Shown here: piece by piece, positions 62,204-64,000 of the stretch | Layout: each line of letters opens with the position of its first letter | Position numbering within the stretch: the stretch's first letter is position 1 | Assembly: GCA_963773065.1 (NCBI GenBank) | Contig: CAVYZN010000005.1 | Coordinates: 106,273 to 170,272 of the forward strand | DNA length: 64,000 bases | Direction of reading: 5' to 3' | Origin: an uncultured Gammaproteobacteria bacterium | Lineage (GTDB): Bacteria > Pseudomonadota > Gammaproteobacteria > UBA9214 | Notes under the pieces: model-generated | Told to the model about the DNA's origin: nothing | Seen by the model: only the letters and a program-made list of their open reading frames with translations | Database searches by the model: none | Position numbers and translations under genes: made by a program

Positions 62204-63230
62204 TCAGACCTCGGTCCCACCCGGACCGCCCATCTGCCTGGACCACCCTCGGCGGACCGCCCATTCCACCGGGACCACCCTGGGGACCACCCATTCCACT
62301 CGGACCACCCTGGGGACCACCCATCATCCCACCCGGACCACCCATTCCACCGGGACCACCCTGGGGTCCACCCATCATCCGCCCGGACCACCCATTCCAC
62401 CGGGACCACCCTGGGGACCGCCCATTCCACCCGGACCACCCTGGGGACCGCCCATTCCACCGGGACCACCCTGGGGACCGCCCATCCACCGCCTGGGGAC
62501 CGCCCATTCCACCGGGACCACCCTGGGGACCGCCCATCATGACCACCCTGGGGACCACCCATTCCACCGGGACCACCCTGGGGTCCACCCATCCATCCAC
62601 CTGGGGTCCACCCATTCCACCGGGACCACCCTGGGGACCACCCATTCCATCGGACCACCCTGGGGACCACCCATTCCACCCGGACCACCCTGGGGACCAC
62701 CCATTCACCACCGGGACCACCCTGGGGACCACCCATTCCACCGGGACCACCCTGGGGACCGCCCATTCCACCACGGACCACCCTGGGGACCGCCCATTCC
62801 ACCGGGACCACCCTGGGGACCGCCCATCATGCCGCCCTGGGGTCCGCCCATTCCACCCGGGACCGCCCTGGGGACCACCCATCATGCCGCCCGGGGACCA
62901 CCCATTCCACCGGGACCGCCCTGGGGACCACCCATCATGCACCGGACCACCACCGGGACCGCCCATCATGCCGCGCATCATCTTCATATTTTCCTGCATG
63001 GTCTGCATGTGCTCCTGCATCAGCTTCTGGCGTTCCTTCGGGTCAGTTGTCGCCCGGAGTTTTTCCATCTGCTGCTGCATGACTTTCATGTTCTCCTGCA
63101 TCTGGGACATTTGTTTGTCCATGTCCATGCTCTTCGCCGGCCCGGCGGGCGCGGATATTTCCTGCGCTGATACGACAGGCGCAGCCAGGGCGCAGGCAAC
63201 GATTGCGGTAGCTAGTATTGAGGTTTTCAT
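62204..63230 (-). CDS. exported Met-rich protein with MGGPQGGPGG tandem repeats (heavily frameshifted)
   Basis: Signal peptide; MQENMKVMQQQMEKL..TTDPKERQKLMQEHM helical domain; repeat reads MGGPQGGPGG across frames; probable end MGGPGGTEV-TGA. Confidence 0.7.
62230..62970 (-). repeat. intragenic tandem repeat of about 30 bp (ccattccaccgggaccaccctggggacc(a/g)c), roughly 20+ degenerate units
   Basis: Directly visible head-to-tail units with small indels. Confidence 0.9.
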
Positions 63231-63366
63231 AGTGGTCTTTCCTTATTAAGGTTGAATAAAATCATGTTTCCGTTACTGGCGACTACTGGTAGCCAGGGCT
63301 TGCCGTGAGCTCAAGGCAACACATCCACGCTGGCCTGCGTTGCCGTGGCTTCCGACGGTCCGGCTG

Positions 63367-63588
63367 CTAACCATGCTTTTTTCCGAAGATGACCGAGAAA
63401 AGCACGACGTCTAGTACGACGACAAACAAGGTAGGAAGCAACATCCAACTGATTCCGCCCGTGCTCCCGCTCCCCATCATTTTGCCATCCATCATTGTCC
63501 CGGTCACCATTCCGTCACCAAAGATCAACATCAGTAAGGCTACGACGACAAACGCGATGACAAGGGCTTTCTTGGTTGTAGTGTCCAT
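63367..63588 (-). CDS. small two-TM membrane protein with Met/Gly-rich loop
   Basis: ALVIAFVVVALLMLIFG-GMVTGTMMDGKMMG-WMLLPTLFVVVL; RBS AAAGGA. Confidence 0.65.
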   Translation of the reverse strand: MDTTTKKALVIAFVVVALLMLIFGDGMVTGTMMDGKMMGSGSTGGISWMLLPTLFVVVLDVVLFSVIFGKKHG

Positions 63589-63760
63589 GATATGAGTTTC
63601 CTTTGAGAGGGTAAATATCAAGCGCGATTCCCTCCGTAGAATGGATGGCGCAATAGCCATGACTTGCAACGTTCCGGTTACGCCGCTGGTCCAGTGCTCA
63701 CTGACGGAGCCCACATGACCAATTGCGAGAGTATCTTTATACAGGCAAACATTTTCACCG

Positions 63761-63780
63761 TCCGTACGTTACCGCACGGA
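63761..63780. promoter_or_regulatory. GTRCG-N4-CGYAC palindromic operator candidate
   Basis: TCCGTACG-TTAC-CGCACGGA; the same motif occurs at 48277, 48429, 52944, 54209, 54358, 56503 and 63971. Confidence 0.6.
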
Positions 63781-64000
63781 ATGCCTTTATGGCCTGTTGT
63801 CTCGTCAAATCCACAACCTGAGGGCACATCACTGTGCTTGATCGGGTTGGATTAGAAAAACGGGTCTGCGAGTGTTATCAAGCCTCATCAGTAAAGAAAG
63901 CGGACCTCCGCCAAGTAGGGTTAAGAAGAACCGGTTGTAAAAGCCCAGTATAGAACATTTTCTGAACTGTGTGCGGCACCGCACTTATCGCCTGTTTCAG

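Noticed and set aside
62047-63249. Plus-strand Pro/His-rich ORF, and a CRISPR-like reading of the 30 bp repeats
   Set aside because: Antisense shadow of the signal-peptide-bearing minus-strand gene; the repeats have no spacers.
47800-64000. Integron cassette array or IS-based composite element
   Set aside because: No intI, transposase, terminal inverted repeats or recognisable attC sites; only short direct repeats and diverged duplications.

Overview
Bacterial chromosomal DNA, most likely from a sulfur-oxidising gammaproteobacterium of Chromatiales/Thiotrichales type. That placement is inferred from a sulfur globule protein and its neighbouring genes. The sequence looks like an unpolished long-read or MAG assembly: many genes carry single-base frameshifts and there is a poly-G tract at about 857-1140. 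There are three zones. (1) 1565-23545: about 19 co-directional minus-strand genes (SCP2 protein, membrane fusion protein, RND permease with no outer-membrane factor, two Pro/Tyr/Gly-rich exported proteins, an SgpA/CV1-like sulfur globule protein, DUF4412/LolA-like protein, orphan ParA, membrane TPR protein, DUF302, Met-rich membrane coiled-coil, EHD/dynamin-like NTPase, and a MoxR-DUF58-DUF4381-vWA-vWA-TPR-BatD module). I propose this as a sulfur-globule biogenesis, filling and positioning system, and it is the best candidate for an undescribed system here. (2) 24105-47517: metabolic, envelope and signalling genes (maeB, CSS-EAL, AsmA, DCC1-LMF, SBP-SpoIIE, MlaEFD-PqiC, MipA, MscK, REC-PAS-GGDEF-EAL). 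(3) 47600-64000: a mosaic stress/copper island with a duplicated csbD-DUF3309 module, BON, clsC, YceI, a truncated CopB, small proteins, gene blocks bounded by direct repeats, and a recurrent GTRCG-N4-CGYAC palindrome upstream of genes. I recognised no rRNA, tRNA, CRISPR array, transposase or integrase. All calls come from reading motifs by eye; no database search was run.
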